64,000 nt of DNA from positions 992,001-1,056,000 of the forward strand of contig CAVSIV010000006.1 in assembly GCA_963728205.1 (NCBI GenBank). The letters run 5' to 3'. The notes beneath the pieces are model-generated. The model saw nothing but the letters and a program-made list of their open reading frames with translations, searched no databases and was not told the DNA's origin. This DNA is from an uncultured Chloroflexia bacterium. GTDB taxonomy: Bacteria > Chloroflexota > Dehalococcoidia > UBA2979. This document shows positions 9,885 through 18,711 of the stretch, piece by piece; within the stretch, counting starts at the first letter, position 1, and each line of letters starts with the position of its first letter. Both the position numbers and the translations under genes were made by a program.

Positions 9885-10274
9885 CTATCCCGGGTTCAGG
9901 CTGACCGCCGCCGGGAACTCGCGCGCTTGCGTCGATGCCGGGGGCGCCGGCTGGCGCGTCGCCATGCGACGGTAGCGCTGCAGGTCGTCGTTCGCGGCGA
10001 TGCGGCGGCGGCGCGGCGTGGAGCCCGGCGGCGGATCGATGCGCGCGCGGAACTGGCGCACCAGCTCGTCCAGGTACTCGGTCGTCAACTGCACGCGCAC
10101 CGGGCCGGCGTCGGTCGGCGCGAGCACGATGCGCACCGCGCGGCCGTCGCCGCTGAAGGACATCTCACCGCCGCCGGCATCGCGGTACGTCAGGCCGTGC
10201 CGCGCGCCGAAGAACTCGTGCACCTCGCGCACCACCGACGCCATCGGCAGTCGCGTCTCGAAGCTGACGTCCAC
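9885..10274 (-). CDS. Hypothetical protein
   Basis: Protein-like composition, GC3-biased codons, AGGGAG upstream; co-oriented behind the zinc-ribbon gene. Confidence 0.6.
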   Translation of the reverse strand: MDVSFETRLPMASVVREVHEFFGARHGLTYRDAGGGEMSFSGDGRAVRIVLAPTDAGPVRVQLTTEYLDELVRQFRARIDPPPGSTPRRRRIAANDDLQRYRRMATRQPAPPASTQAREFPAAVSLNPG

Positions 10275-10322
10275 CGCGCTCTCCCTCGCTCCGCTCGACC
10301 GGTCCCGCGCAGCAGCGTGCCG

Positions 10323-10778
10323 CTAGCCGGCGTCGCCGTCCACCGTCGCGCGCTCCACGAGCGAGGCCTCGCGCTCGGCGACCTGCGCGGCCGACGCCGC
10401 GATGCGCGCCGCTGCGGCCTCGGCCTCGGCAGTTTCGCGCTCCTCCTGCTTCGACCGGACGTCGTTGTAGCAGTTCGAGCAGTAGACCGGCCAATCGCCG
10501 CGCGGCACGAACGGCACCTCGGTGGTGTTGCCGCACTGCGCACAGGTCGCGACGTGCAGCTGGCGCGGCGTGCGGCCGCCCCACGAGACGTAGACGCCGA
10601 AGTGCGGCGACTCCTCGCGGTCCTCGGGGCGCAGCATCTTGCGGCTCTGGCGACACGACGGGCAGCGCACCGGGTCGTGCTGCAGTCCCTTCGTCGCGTA
10701 GAACTCCTGCTCGCCGGCCGTGAAGACGAACGAGGCGCCGCAGTCGCGGCACGTCAGCTCGCGGTCGTTGAATGCCAT
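10323..10778 (-). CDS. Zinc-ribbon protein (CxxC-x17-CxxC family)
   Basis: LTCRDCG..FVFTAGEQEFY..RCPSCR and ATCAQCG..VPFVP..VYCSNCY; RBS GAGG. Confidence 0.88.
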   Translation of the reverse strand: MAFNDRELTCRDCGASFVFTAGEQEFYATKGLQHDPVRCPSCRQSRKMLRPEDREESPHFGVYVSWGGRTPRQLHVATCAQCGNTTEVPFVPRGDWPVYCSNCYNDVRSKQEERETAEAEAAAARIAASAAQVAEREASLVERATVDGDAG

Positions 10779-10889
10779 GCGTACCTCTCCTCCGTCCGCC
10801 CGAACCAACGGGCGGCACGCGTCAGCCGGGCGCGGCTGCGCCCGGGCGGTGTGTGCTCCCTTGTGTCGGTTGGGGGCCTACCCAGTATA

Positions 10890-12779
10890 TCAGGAGCCGC
10901 CGCCGAGGCGACCGAGCACCGACTCGATCACCTCGCGGTTCACGACCCAGCTCGCGGCCGCGTAGCTCACTACGCCGGCCAGCCCGCCGAGCACCACGAT
11001 GGCGAGCGCGCCGAGCGTCGAGCCGGCGTCGAGCCCGCGCGCGCCGAGCACGAGCCGCACGACGACGAGCACCTCGGCCATCACGGCGGTCGCGACCACG
11101 GTGCGGCTCATCGAGCGCCACACGCCGCGTGCGCCGAAGTGGCCGATGCGCTCGCGCAGCACGTAGGCGAGCATCGAGCACTCGAAGATCGCCGCGACCG
11201 AGGTGGCGCCGGCGAGCCCGCGCAGGCCCAGCGGCCGCACGAGCACGGCGCTCAGCACGAGGTTGAGCGCCATCGCCATCACCGACAGCTGCACGGGCGT
11301 CTTCGTGTCGGACAGCGCATAGAAGCCGCGGCTCAGGATCTCGATCCCGCTGTGCGCGGCGATGGCGATGGCGAACACCGTGAGCGCCTCGGTCACCAGC
11401 GCGGTCGACTCCGCGTCGAACGCGCCGTGCTGGAAGAGCAGTCGCACCGCCGGCTGCGCGAGCACGACGAGGCCGACCGACGCCGGCACGGCGAGGAAGA
11501 GGATCACGCGCAGCGCCGACGCGAGCGACTCGCGCAGCGGTCCCATCTGACCCGCGGCCGCCTGGCGGGAGAGCGTGGGGAAGGCCGCCGTCGAGATCGC
11601 CATGCCGACCACGCCGACCGGCATCATCATCACGAGGAACGCGAAGTTGATCGCGCTGATCGCGGCGTCCGAGATGAACGATGCGAAGAAAATCAGCACG
11701 AGGAAGTTGGCCTGTGTCGCGGCGAGCCCGATGACGCGCGGCCCCATCAGCCGCATGACGTCGCGCACGGCGCGCGAGCGGACCCCGAGCGAGCCGGTCC
11801 AGCGCATGCCGAGCAGGAACACGACCGGCACCTGCACCACGAGGTGCAGCGCGGAGCCGATCACGACGCCCCAGGCGAGCCCCCACACGCCGAGCGGCCC
11901 GCTCAGCAGCACCGCGCCGACGATGATCGACAGGTTGTAGAAGACCGGCGCGAGCGCCGGCGCGACGAAGTGCTGTCGCGCATTCAGGATGCCGGTCATC
12001 AGCCCGGAGATACCGAAGAACATCGGCGAGAGGAGCATGAAGCGAGTGAGCTTCACCGCGAGCGCGGTGAGCTCCGGCTGGCGGCCGGTCCCGTCGCCGA
12101 GCCCCGGGGCGAGCAGCGGGACGAGATGTGGCGCGAGCACGAACGCGACCAGCGCGAGGACGCCGGTGGCGATGCTGAGGAGGTTCAGGACGCTGGACGC
12201 GAGCCGCCACGCCCCCTCGTCGCCGCGCTCCAGCGAGACGCGGCTGAACACGGGGATGAATGCCGCGGAGACGGTGCCGCCGGCCAGCAGCTGGAAGACG
12301 AGGTCCGGCAGGCGGAAGGCGACGAAGTAGGCGGCGAGGTCCGGCTGCGTGCCGAACGCGTTCGCGATCGCGACCGAGCGGACGAGCCCCAGCAGGCGCG
12401 AGAGGATGAACCCGGCGGCGACGATGCCGGCGGCGCTCATCACGGTGCGGGTCTGCCACCCGCCGCGCGCCGCGTTGCCGAAGCGCAGGAAGCGCCCGAA
12501 GCCGGTCGCCGGCTCCCCGTCCTCCTCGCCGTCCGCACGCAGAGCGACCGCGCGTGTCACCCGCCCCGACGCCGGCCGTCCGGGCGGCCGGCGTCGGGGC
12601 GCCGGCGCGCGCTCCGCATCGTCGTCCGCGCAATCGCGCGGCACGAGCCACTCGTCGTCGTCGGGGTCGAAGAGCCCGGGGGGACGGCCGTCGCGCAGCA
12701 CGACGCGTCGCGCGGACGTCGCGTCGTCGTCGCGTCCGAAGAGGCGGCGCCAGAAGCCGCCGCGCCCGCGGTCAGCCAT
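10890..12779 (-). CDS. murJ: Lipid II flippase MurJ (MviN); start uncertain, long N-terminal extension
   Basis: SRLLGLVR, AFRLPD, SAAFIPVF, ALAPVFYN, RGFYALSDTKTP; many TM helices. Confidence 0.93.
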   Translation of the reverse strand: MADRGRGGFWRRLFGRDDDATSARRVVLRDGRPPGLFDPDDDEWLVPRDCADDDAERAPAPRRRPPGRPASGRVTRAVALRADGEEDGEPATGFGRFLRFGNAARGGWQTRTVMSAAGIVAAGFILSRLLGLVRSVAIANAFGTQPDLAAYFVAFRLPDLVFQLLAGGTVSAAFIPVFSRVSLERGDEGAWRLASSVLNLLSIATGVLALVAFVLAPHLVPLLAPGLGDGTGRQPELTALAVKLTRFMLLSPMFFGISGLMTGILNARQHFVAPALAPVFYNLSIIVGAVLLSGPLGVWGLAWGVVIGSALHLVVQVPVVFLLGMRWTGSLGVRSRAVRDVMRLMGPRVIGLAATQANFLVLIFFASFISDAAISAINFAFLVMMMPVGVVGMAISTAAFPTLSRQAAAGQMGPLRESLASALRVILFLAVPASVGLVVLAQPAVRLLFQHGAFDAESTALVTEALTVFAIAIAAHSGIEILSRGFYALSDTKTPVQLSVMAMALNLVLSAVLVRPLGLRGLAGATSVAAIFECSMLAYVLRERIGHFGARGVWRSMSRTVVATAVMAEVLVVVRLVLGARGLDAGSTLGALAIVVLGGLAGVVSYAAASWVVNREVIESVLGRLGGGS

Positions 12780-12845
12780 GCGCCGCGACCCCGTCCGCCA
12801 CTCGGGCCGGCCGGCGCCGGAGCCGCGGGTGCCCGACGACGTCGT

Positions 12846-13607
12846 TCAGTTGCCGCTCCCCTTCGACACGAACAGGGTGACCACGTCATTCTCTCGCACG
12901 GTCGTACCCGGCGCGGGCGTCTGATCGAACACGACGCCGGCGGCCACCGACCCGTTGGTCGCGTCGATCGTGACGGGTTTCAGCTTCAGCTGCGTGATCA
13001 CGGCAACCGCCGAGTCGCCGTCGACGCCGGTGAAATCGGGAACCGTGCCGGGCGCGTAGGCCGGCACGGTCGCCGCGCCCGCAGCGCCGCGCGCGGACAC
13101 GGTCGCGGTGGGTGAAGACGGCGGTGCGCCGCCACCCCCGCCGCGCAGCCGCGGCGCCACGACGAGCAGCGTCAGCACGACGACCAGCACGGCCGCGCCC
13201 GCCGCGGCGATCGCGAGCGGCCGCGTCAGCGTGGGAAGCTCGACGCGCGGCGCAGTGCCGCCGGGACGGCGGAGCCCCGGCAGCGGCTCGAGGCCCAGCG
13301 GACGCGGGAGATCGTGCGGCACGGCGGCGGCGGCCGCGGCGGGATCGAGCCCGAGGTAGCGCGCGTACGACCGCATGAAGCCGCGCGCGTAGATCGGCGC
13401 GGGGAGCGACTCCCAGTCCTCGCGCTCCAGCGCTTCCAGGTAGAGCGGGTTGATGCGGATGTCGCGCTCGACGTCCTCCAGCGATAGTCCGCGCTCCCGG
13501 CGGCGAGCGGCGAGCTGGTCGCCGATCGCCGGACCGGCGTCCTCCGGGCGGCCGTCGTCGGGGGCCGGCGTTCGCGTTTCGCCCCGCAGGCGGCGCCACA
13601 CGGTCAT
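12846..13607 (-). CDS. RodZ-like HTH + TM + PASTA domain protein
   Basis: RGLSLEDVERDIRINPLYLEALE..YARGFMRSYARYLGLD, one TM helix, VPDFTG..VFDQTPAPG..VTLFVSKG (PASTA). Confidence 0.85.
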   Translation of the reverse strand: MTVWRRLRGETRTPAPDDGRPEDAGPAIGDQLAARRRERGLSLEDVERDIRINPLYLEALEREDWESLPAPIYARGFMRSYARYLGLDPAAAAAAVPHDLPRPLGLEPLPGLRRPGGTAPRVELPTLTRPLAIAAAGAAVLVVVLTLLVVAPRLRGGGGGAPPSSPTATVSARGAAGAATVPAYAPGTVPDFTGVDGDSAVAVITQLKLKPVTIDATNGSVAAGVVFDQTPAPGTTVRENDVVTLFVSKGSGN

Positions 13608-13668
13608 CGCAAACGCCGCCGGGCCGCGCGCACCGGGCGGCGCGTCGTGTGGGCCCCTCACGCGAGAG

Positions 13669-14718
13669 TCACGATCCCTGGTCGACACCGGGGAACGCGA
13701 CGAGCGACTTCAGGCCGTCCATCTCGAGCCGCGAGGTGTAGGCCTCCGGCGAGTGCTCGATGTCGTAGCGGTTCGTCACGACCTCGTCGATGTGCGGCAC
13801 CGAGCGCAGCAGCGCGAGCGTGCGCCGGTACTGGTCACTCGTGGCGTTCTGCGATCCGCTGAGGACGATCTCGCCGTAGTGGATCGTGTTCGGGTCGAAG
13901 GGCACGGACTGGTCGGGGGGGAAGCCCGCGAAGAGGTTGACCACCCCCTGCTTGCGCACGAGCTCGATCGCCCCGGGCACGAGCGCGGCGATGCCGACCG
14001 AGAGCACCACGGCGTCGGCGCCGTAACCCCCGCTGGCCGACCGCACGGCGCCGAGCACGTCGTCGCTGCCGGGATCGAGGACCAGGTCCGCGCCCCAGCG
14101 CCGGGCGATCTCGCGCCGCGCAGCGACGGGCTCGCTCACGATGATCGGGCCGGCGCCGAGCGCGCGCGCCATGATCAGGTGGAGCAGCCCCATCGGTCCC
14201 GCGCCGACAATCGCGAGCGAGGCGCCCGCGCCGACGGCGCAGAGCTCGAGCGAGTTGAGCACGCACGCGGAGGGCTCGGTGATCGCGGCCACGTCCAGCG
14301 GCAGGGCTGCGGGCACGGGGTAGACGTGGCCGAGCGAGACGATCGCGGCCGGCACGCGCAGCCACTCGGCGAAGCCGCCGTCGAGGTCGTAGCCGAGCGT
14401 CTGGCGATGCAGGCAGCGGTTGCGACGGCCGAGCTGGCAGAAGCGGCACTGGCCGCACGCGACGATCGGGCAGAGCACGACGCGGTCACCCGCGGCGACG
14501 CCGGTCACGCCTTCGCCGACCGTGTGCACGACCCCGGCAATCTCGTGGCCGGGAATCACCCCGGCGGCGGCGTGCTTCTCGCCGCGGAAGACGCGGATGT
14601 CGGAGGCGCAGAGCGCGGTGGCGGCGACGTGCAGGAGGATCTCGCCGGGGCCGGCGGACGGCTGCGGACGGTCTTCGACCGTGACCCGGCGGGGCTCGTG
14701 GAAGATGGTGGCGCGCAT
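13669..14718 (-). CDS. Zn-dependent alcohol/polyol dehydrogenase
   Basis: LCASD, GHEIAG, CGQCRFC..C, GAGPMG. Confidence 0.92.
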   Translation of the reverse strand: MRATIFHEPRRVTVEDRPQPSAGPGEILLHVAATALCASDIRVFRGEKHAAAGVIPGHEIAGVVHTVGEGVTGVAAGDRVVLCPIVACGQCRFCQLGRRNRCLHRQTLGYDLDGGFAEWLRVPAAIVSLGHVYPVPAALPLDVAAITEPSACVLNSLELCAVGAGASLAIVGAGPMGLLHLIMARALGAGPIIVSEPVAARREIARRWGADLVLDPGSDDVLGAVRSASGGYGADAVVLSVGIAALVPGAIELVRKQGVVNLFAGFPPDQSVPFDPNTIHYGEIVLSGSQNATSDQYRRTLALLRSVPHIDEVVTNRYDIEHSPEAYTSRLEMDGLKSLVAFPGVDQGS

Positions 14719-14802
14719 GACCGAGGCCTCACATCGTGGCTGCGCGCAGTATGGCAGGACGGGCGCGGGCGCCGCCAGCGCGCCCGCGGCGTGCGAGGGC
14801 GG

Positions 14803-15072
14803 CTAGGCGGCGGCCTGCTTCGCCTTCAGCTGCTGCGCGAGGCGCGACTTCCGCCGGGCGGCGGCGTTCGGGTGAATGATCTTGCGCCGGGCGGCGCGGT
14901 CGAGCGCCGACTGCGCGGCGCGCACGAGCTCCAGCGCGTCGGCGTCGCCCGCCTGGATGGCGGCGCGCGCGGCCCGCACGGTGCGCGCGGCGCGCGTGCG
15001 GTACGGCTTGTTGCGCTCGGCGTGCGCCTCGTTCTGGCGGATGCGCTTGATCGCGGACTTGCTGTGAGCCAT
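14803..15072 (-). CDS. rpsT: 30S ribosomal protein S20
   Basis: MAHSKSAIKRIRQNE..IIHPNAAARRKSRL. Confidence 0.96.
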   Translation of the reverse strand: MAHSKSAIKRIRQNEAHAERNKPYRTRAARTVRAARAAIQAGDADALELVRAAQSALDRAARRKIIHPNAAARRKSRLAQQLKAKQAAA

Positions 15073-15130
15073 CGGTCGGTTACCCCCTGCAGTCAGACGG
15101 AAATGGTACGGGGGGCGCCGGACAGCGTCT

Positions 15131-15331
15131 ATGCATGCGGTATCGTCGAGGCATGTTCTCGCCGAGCCGAGCGACCCCGACCTCCATGTCGACCCGGCGG
15201 GCTTCGCGGCAGCGAGCGCGGCCGACGCGAGGGCGATGCGACGGCTGCTCCAGGACTTCGCGTGCCTTGCCTCGCTGCCGTGGCGGGCCGCCCGCGCGGT
15301 GTGGCGCGCCGTCGCGGCGCGCGTCCGCTGA
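15131..15331 (+). CDS. Possible small hypothetical protein
   Basis: 66-aa ORF filling the rpsT-rimO gap with an amphipathic C-terminus; no clear RBS. Confidence 0.3.
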   Translation: MHAVSSRHVLAEPSDPDLHVDPAGFAAASAADARAMRRLLQDFACLASLPWRAARAVWRAVAARVR

Positions 15332-15387
15332 GAACGTCCGCTCACGACGTGTTGACGGCCACACGGCCCGCGCGCAGCCTGATCTGA

Positions 15388-16681
15388 ATGCGCTACCACC
15401 TCGTCACCCTCGGCTGCGCGAAGAACACCGTCGACTCCATGCGCCTCGAGCAGGCCCTGCGCGCCGGTCGCCACGTCGCGGTCGCGACGCCCGACGACGC
15501 CGACCTGCTGCTCGTGAACACCTGCGGCTTCATCGACGCCGCGAAGGACGAGTCGCTGGAGACGGTGCGCGCGCTCGACGCCTCCCGGCGGCCTGATCAG
15601 CAGCTCTACGTCGTCGGCTGCCTGACGCAGATCGCGGCCGACGAGGTCCGCGCGGCGGTCCCGACGGTGGACGCGACGTTCGGCGCCGAGCAGTGGGACG
15701 CGATCGCGGCGCAGCTCGGCCCGGCGACGGCGCACTTCGACATCCCCGACCGCGCGCTGCCGCAGTTCGGGCAGCCGAGCGCGTACCTGAAGATCTCGGA
15801 CGGCTGCGACCGGCCATGCACCTTCTGCGTGATCCCCGGCATCAAGGGGCGCATGCATTCGGACGCCACCTCGCGCCTCGTCGGCGAGGCGCGCATGTAC
15901 GCGGCCGCGGGCGCGAAGGAGCTGGTGCTCGTCGCACAGGATTCCACGGCGTACGGCGAGGATCGCGGCGAGCGCGACGGCCTCGCGCGGCTGCTCGAGG
16001 AGCTCGCCGAGGCCGTGCCGGGCGTGCCGTGGATCCGCCTGATGTACGCGTACCCGGGCCGCGTCAGCCGCACGCTCGCGGAGACGATGGCGCGGCTGCC
16101 GAACGTCGTCCCGTACCTGGACATGCCCCTACAGCACGGCTCAAACGCGGTGCTGCGCCGCATGAAGCGGCCGAGCCTGCGCGTCACCCGCGAGAGCCTC
16201 GACGCCATCCGCACGGCCATGCCGGACGTGGTGCTGCGCACGACGTTCATCGTGGGCTTCCCCGGCGAGACCGACGCGGAGTTCGAGGAGCTGATCGACT
16301 TCGTCGAGCGCGAGCGATTCGACCACGTCGGCGCGTTCACGTACTCGCCGCAGCCGGGCACGCCGGCCGGGACGATGGACGGCCAGGTGCCGGAGGACGT
16401 GAAGCAGGAGCGCTACGGCGCGCTGATGGAGCTCGCGCAGGAGATCTCGCTGGAGCGGAACCGCGCGATGGTCGGTCGCGAGGTCGACGTCCTGGTCGAG
16501 TCTGCGGAGCCCGCCGAGTCGCAGGCAGGCGGGCCCATCGTGGTCGGGCCGCACCTATCGCGACGCTCCTGAGGTCGACGGCATGGCGCTGCTCAAGGGC
16601 GAGTTCCCGGCCGGGACGATGACGCGCGCGCGGATCGCCGGCGCACTGCCGTACGACCTGCTCTGCGACCCGGTGTCGTAG
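15388..16681 (+). CDS. rimO: Ribosomal protein S12 methylthiotransferase RimO; apparent +1 frameshift near 16548
   Basis: TLGCAKNTVDS, NTCGFI, AYLKISDGCDRPCTFC, YLDMPLQH; TRAM motif GRTYRDAPEVDG continues in the next frame to TAG at 16681. Confidence 0.93.
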
Positions 16682-16694
16682 AGCAGGTCGTACG
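16650..16694. repeat. 20-bp inverted repeat spanning the rimO stop codon
   Basis: cgtacgacctgctctgcgac-ccggt-gtcgtagagcaggtcgtacg (one G:U pair). Confidence 0.85.
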
Positions 16695-16713
16695 CACGGC
16701 ATCCTGGATAATG

Positions 16714-16742
16714 TTGACTGATTTAGTCACCTTTGATATCCT
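16714..16742 (+). promoter_or_regulatory. Putative sigma70 promoter with overlapping palindrome
   Basis: TTGACT-17 bp-TATCCT with TGn extension; TGACTGA-T-TTAGTCA dyad at 16715..16729. Confidence 0.5.
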
Positions 16743-16902
16743 CGCGGCAGATCACGGTCCAGATCTCGAGGCTGCGCGCGATTGAGCGAGCCTCGGCGAA
16801 TCGGGCAGCCGAAGCGGCGTCACACGTCCTCCTGACCCCGGGTAGACCCCGATCTTTTCGCCAGGCCAGATTGTGACGGACCACGCTTAACTTGGATTTT
16901 AC

Positions 16903-16951
16903 GTGATTGTGAACACAATCACTTGCAATCCCCGGCCACCCGGCCGATACT
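16903..16951 (+). promoter_or_regulatory. Palindromic operator and sigma70 promoter of the 42-aa sORF
   Basis: GTGATTGTG-AA-CACAATCAC (16903..16922) abuts TTGCAA-17 bp-GATACT. Confidence 0.6.
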
Positions 16952-17020
16952 CAACACAGTTCAGCGAGCGGTTCGTGGTCAAGGGCAGAGGCCCGGGCTA
17001 CGAAGAGAAGGAGCCCCAAC

Positions 17021-17149
17021 GTGAAGACCCAGGAGTACTACAGCCAGATCGTGACCCGCGGCCGCCGCGGCTCGCCGACCTTCCAGGAGGCCGAGCGCGA
17101 CCTGAAGTCCGCGGTCCAGACGCAAATCATCGGTTTCATGGGCTTCTAG
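17021..17149 (+). CDS. Small protein, 42 aa (MKTQEYYSQIVTRGRRGSPTFQEAERDLKSAVQTQIIGFMGF)
   Basis: AAGGAG RBS 7 nt before GTG, strong GC3 codon bias, own promoter and terminator; absent from the ORF track. Confidence 0.75.
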   Translation: MKTQEYYSQIVTRGRRGSPTFQEAERDLKSAVQTQIIGFMGF

Positions 17150-17193
17150 GCCCGACACAGCACGCAACGCGGCCCCCGCGGCCGCCTGCAATC

Positions 17194-17231
17194 AGGACGC
17201 GCCCGTCCCCTCCGGGCGCGTCCTTCTTTTT
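17194..17231 (+). terminator. Intrinsic terminator
   Basis: aggacgcgcccg-tcccctc-cgggcgcgtcct followed by tcttttt. Confidence 0.85.
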
Positions 17232-17280
17232 GCCCGCGCGGGCCCGTCGCTGCCCGGGTGCCCTGTCTCAAGGCCGGCAG

Positions 17281-17583
17281 CTATTCGACGTCCAGGTCCA
17301 TCTCGTCGACCTCTGTACCCACCACCTCCGCACGCCCGAGAAGCTCGCGGTCGACAAACCGCTGCACCTCGTCGACGGCGTGCCGCGCCGTCGCGCGGTC
17401 GCCGGAGACGACCGCGAAGCCGATGCGCGCAGCCTGCGGGCGGTCGAGCAGCCCCACCTCCGCTGCCGATACGGACATGCGTCCGCGCAGCCGCTCGACG
17501 AGCGACTTCACGATGGCGCGCTTCTCCTTGAGCGTCTGCGCAGCGGGGATGTGCAAGGTCAGTAGAACGCTGACCGTCGTCAT
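17281..17583 (-). CDS. DUF503 family protein
   Basis: AQTLKEKRAIVKSLVERLR..VSAAEVGLLD. Confidence 0.85.
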   Translation of the reverse strand: MTTVSVLLTLHIPAAQTLKEKRAIVKSLVERLRGRMSVSAAEVGLLDRPQAARIGFAVVSGDRATARHAVDEVQRFVDRELLGRAEVVGTEVDEMDLDVE

Positions 17584-17643
17584 GCCGTCGCGTTCGCGCC
17601 GGGTCACCGGGAACCCGCCGGAGCCGCGGAACCCGGGCGCCGG

Positions 17644-18711
17644 CTACGCGCCGGGGTCACGCTCGTCCGTCGCGTCCTCCTCGGTCGGCGGTTCCCCGGC
17701 GGCGGGGCGCCGTGACAGGATCGCGCCCGCCGTCTGCGAGAGCGCCTCCAGCTCCTCCGCCGGCGACGGCGCGGCCTCCATCGCCTCCACGTCGTCGTCG
17801 GTCTCGACTTCCGCGCCCGGCGCCGCGGCGCCTTCGGCATCGCCGGCCTCGCCGGCGCCGCCGGCATCGGCAACTGGCAATCCGAGCTGGGCGCCCGCCT
17901 CCTCGGCCGGCAGCTCGATGTCGGCCGGCAGCGGCGGGAGGTCATTCGGGCGCTCCAGCCCGAAGTGCTGCAGGAAGCGCTGCGTCGTCACCCAGAGCAC
18001 GGGGCGCCCCGGCCCCTCCGCTCGACCACCGTCGGCGACGAGGCCGCGGGCGCGCAGCGTGGCGATCGCGGCATCCGACGAGACGCCACGGATGAGCTCG
18101 ATCGTCCCGCGCGTGACGGGCTGCCGATACGCGACGATCGCCAGCGTCTCGAGCGCCGCGGTCGAGAGCCGCCGCGTCGCCTCGAGTCCCAGGAAGTACT
18201 CGACGTACGCCGCCGCCTCGGGCGCCGTCACCAGCTGCGCACCGTCGGGGCCGCGCTGCAGTCGCACGCCGCGCTCCGCGTCGCGCAACTGCTCCGCGAG
18301 CGCGTCGAGCGCGGCGTCGAGCCGGCGGCGCGTGATGCCGAGCGCCCGGCTCAACGCGCTCTCCTCGACGGCGCCGTCCGACACGAACAGCAGCGCTTCG
18401 AGGCGCGCCGGCAGATCGGCCTCGTCGGGCGTGGGGGGCGCGTCGCTCTCCCGGGCGGGACTCTCGTCGTCGTCGGGCGCCCCGGCAGCCGTCGGGGTGC
18501 TCTCGGCGTCGATCGCGTCCTCGGCAGCGGCCGCGCCTGCGCCTGCGGGGCCGGCCTCCCCGGCATCCCCGCGCGCGGTGTCGCCCCCGGCCTCCGCCAC
18601 CGGTGGCTGCGTCGCGTCGGTCGCCGCCGCCTCGTCCGGCCGGTCAGCCGGCGATGTCTCGATGTCGTCGGCCGCCGTCGTCCGGTCGTCCGCGGGGTGC
18701 TCCGAAGTCAT
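17644..18711 (-). CDS. scpB: SMC-Scp complex subunit ScpB with acidic low-complexity extensions
   Basis: LEALLFVS, LSTAALETLAIVAYRQPVTR..IRGV, PGRP..TTQRFLQHFGL. Confidence 0.93.
   Translation of the reverse strand: MTSEHPADDRTTAADDIETSPADRPDEAAATDATQPPVAEAGGDTARGDAGEAGPAGAGAAAAEDAIDAESTPTAAGAPDDDESPARESDAPPTPDEADLPARLEALLFVSDGAVEESALSRALGITRRRLDAALDALAEQLRDAERGVRLQRGPDGAQLVTAPEAAAYVEYFLGLEATRRLSTAALETLAIVAYRQPVTRGTIELIRGVSSDAAIATLRARGLVADGGRAEGPGRPVLWVTTQRFLQHFGLERPNDLPPLPADIELPAEEAGAQLGLPVADAGGAGEAGDAEGAAAPGAEVETDDDVEAMEAAPSPAEELEALSQTAGAILSRRPAAGEPPTEEDATDERDPGA

Noticed and set aside
9720-13115. 1131-aa plus-strand ORF and similar long ORFs (45820..49629 -, 29989..32679 -, 17258..19681 +, 6625..8808 +)
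   Set aside because: Shadow ORFs of real genes; stop codons are scarce at this GC content and the translations are Arg/Ala/Gly-rich with no motifs.
16903-17565. 220-aa plus-strand ORF
   Set aside because: It runs through a promoter, the better-supported 42-aa frame and a terminator, and is antisense to the DUF503 gene.
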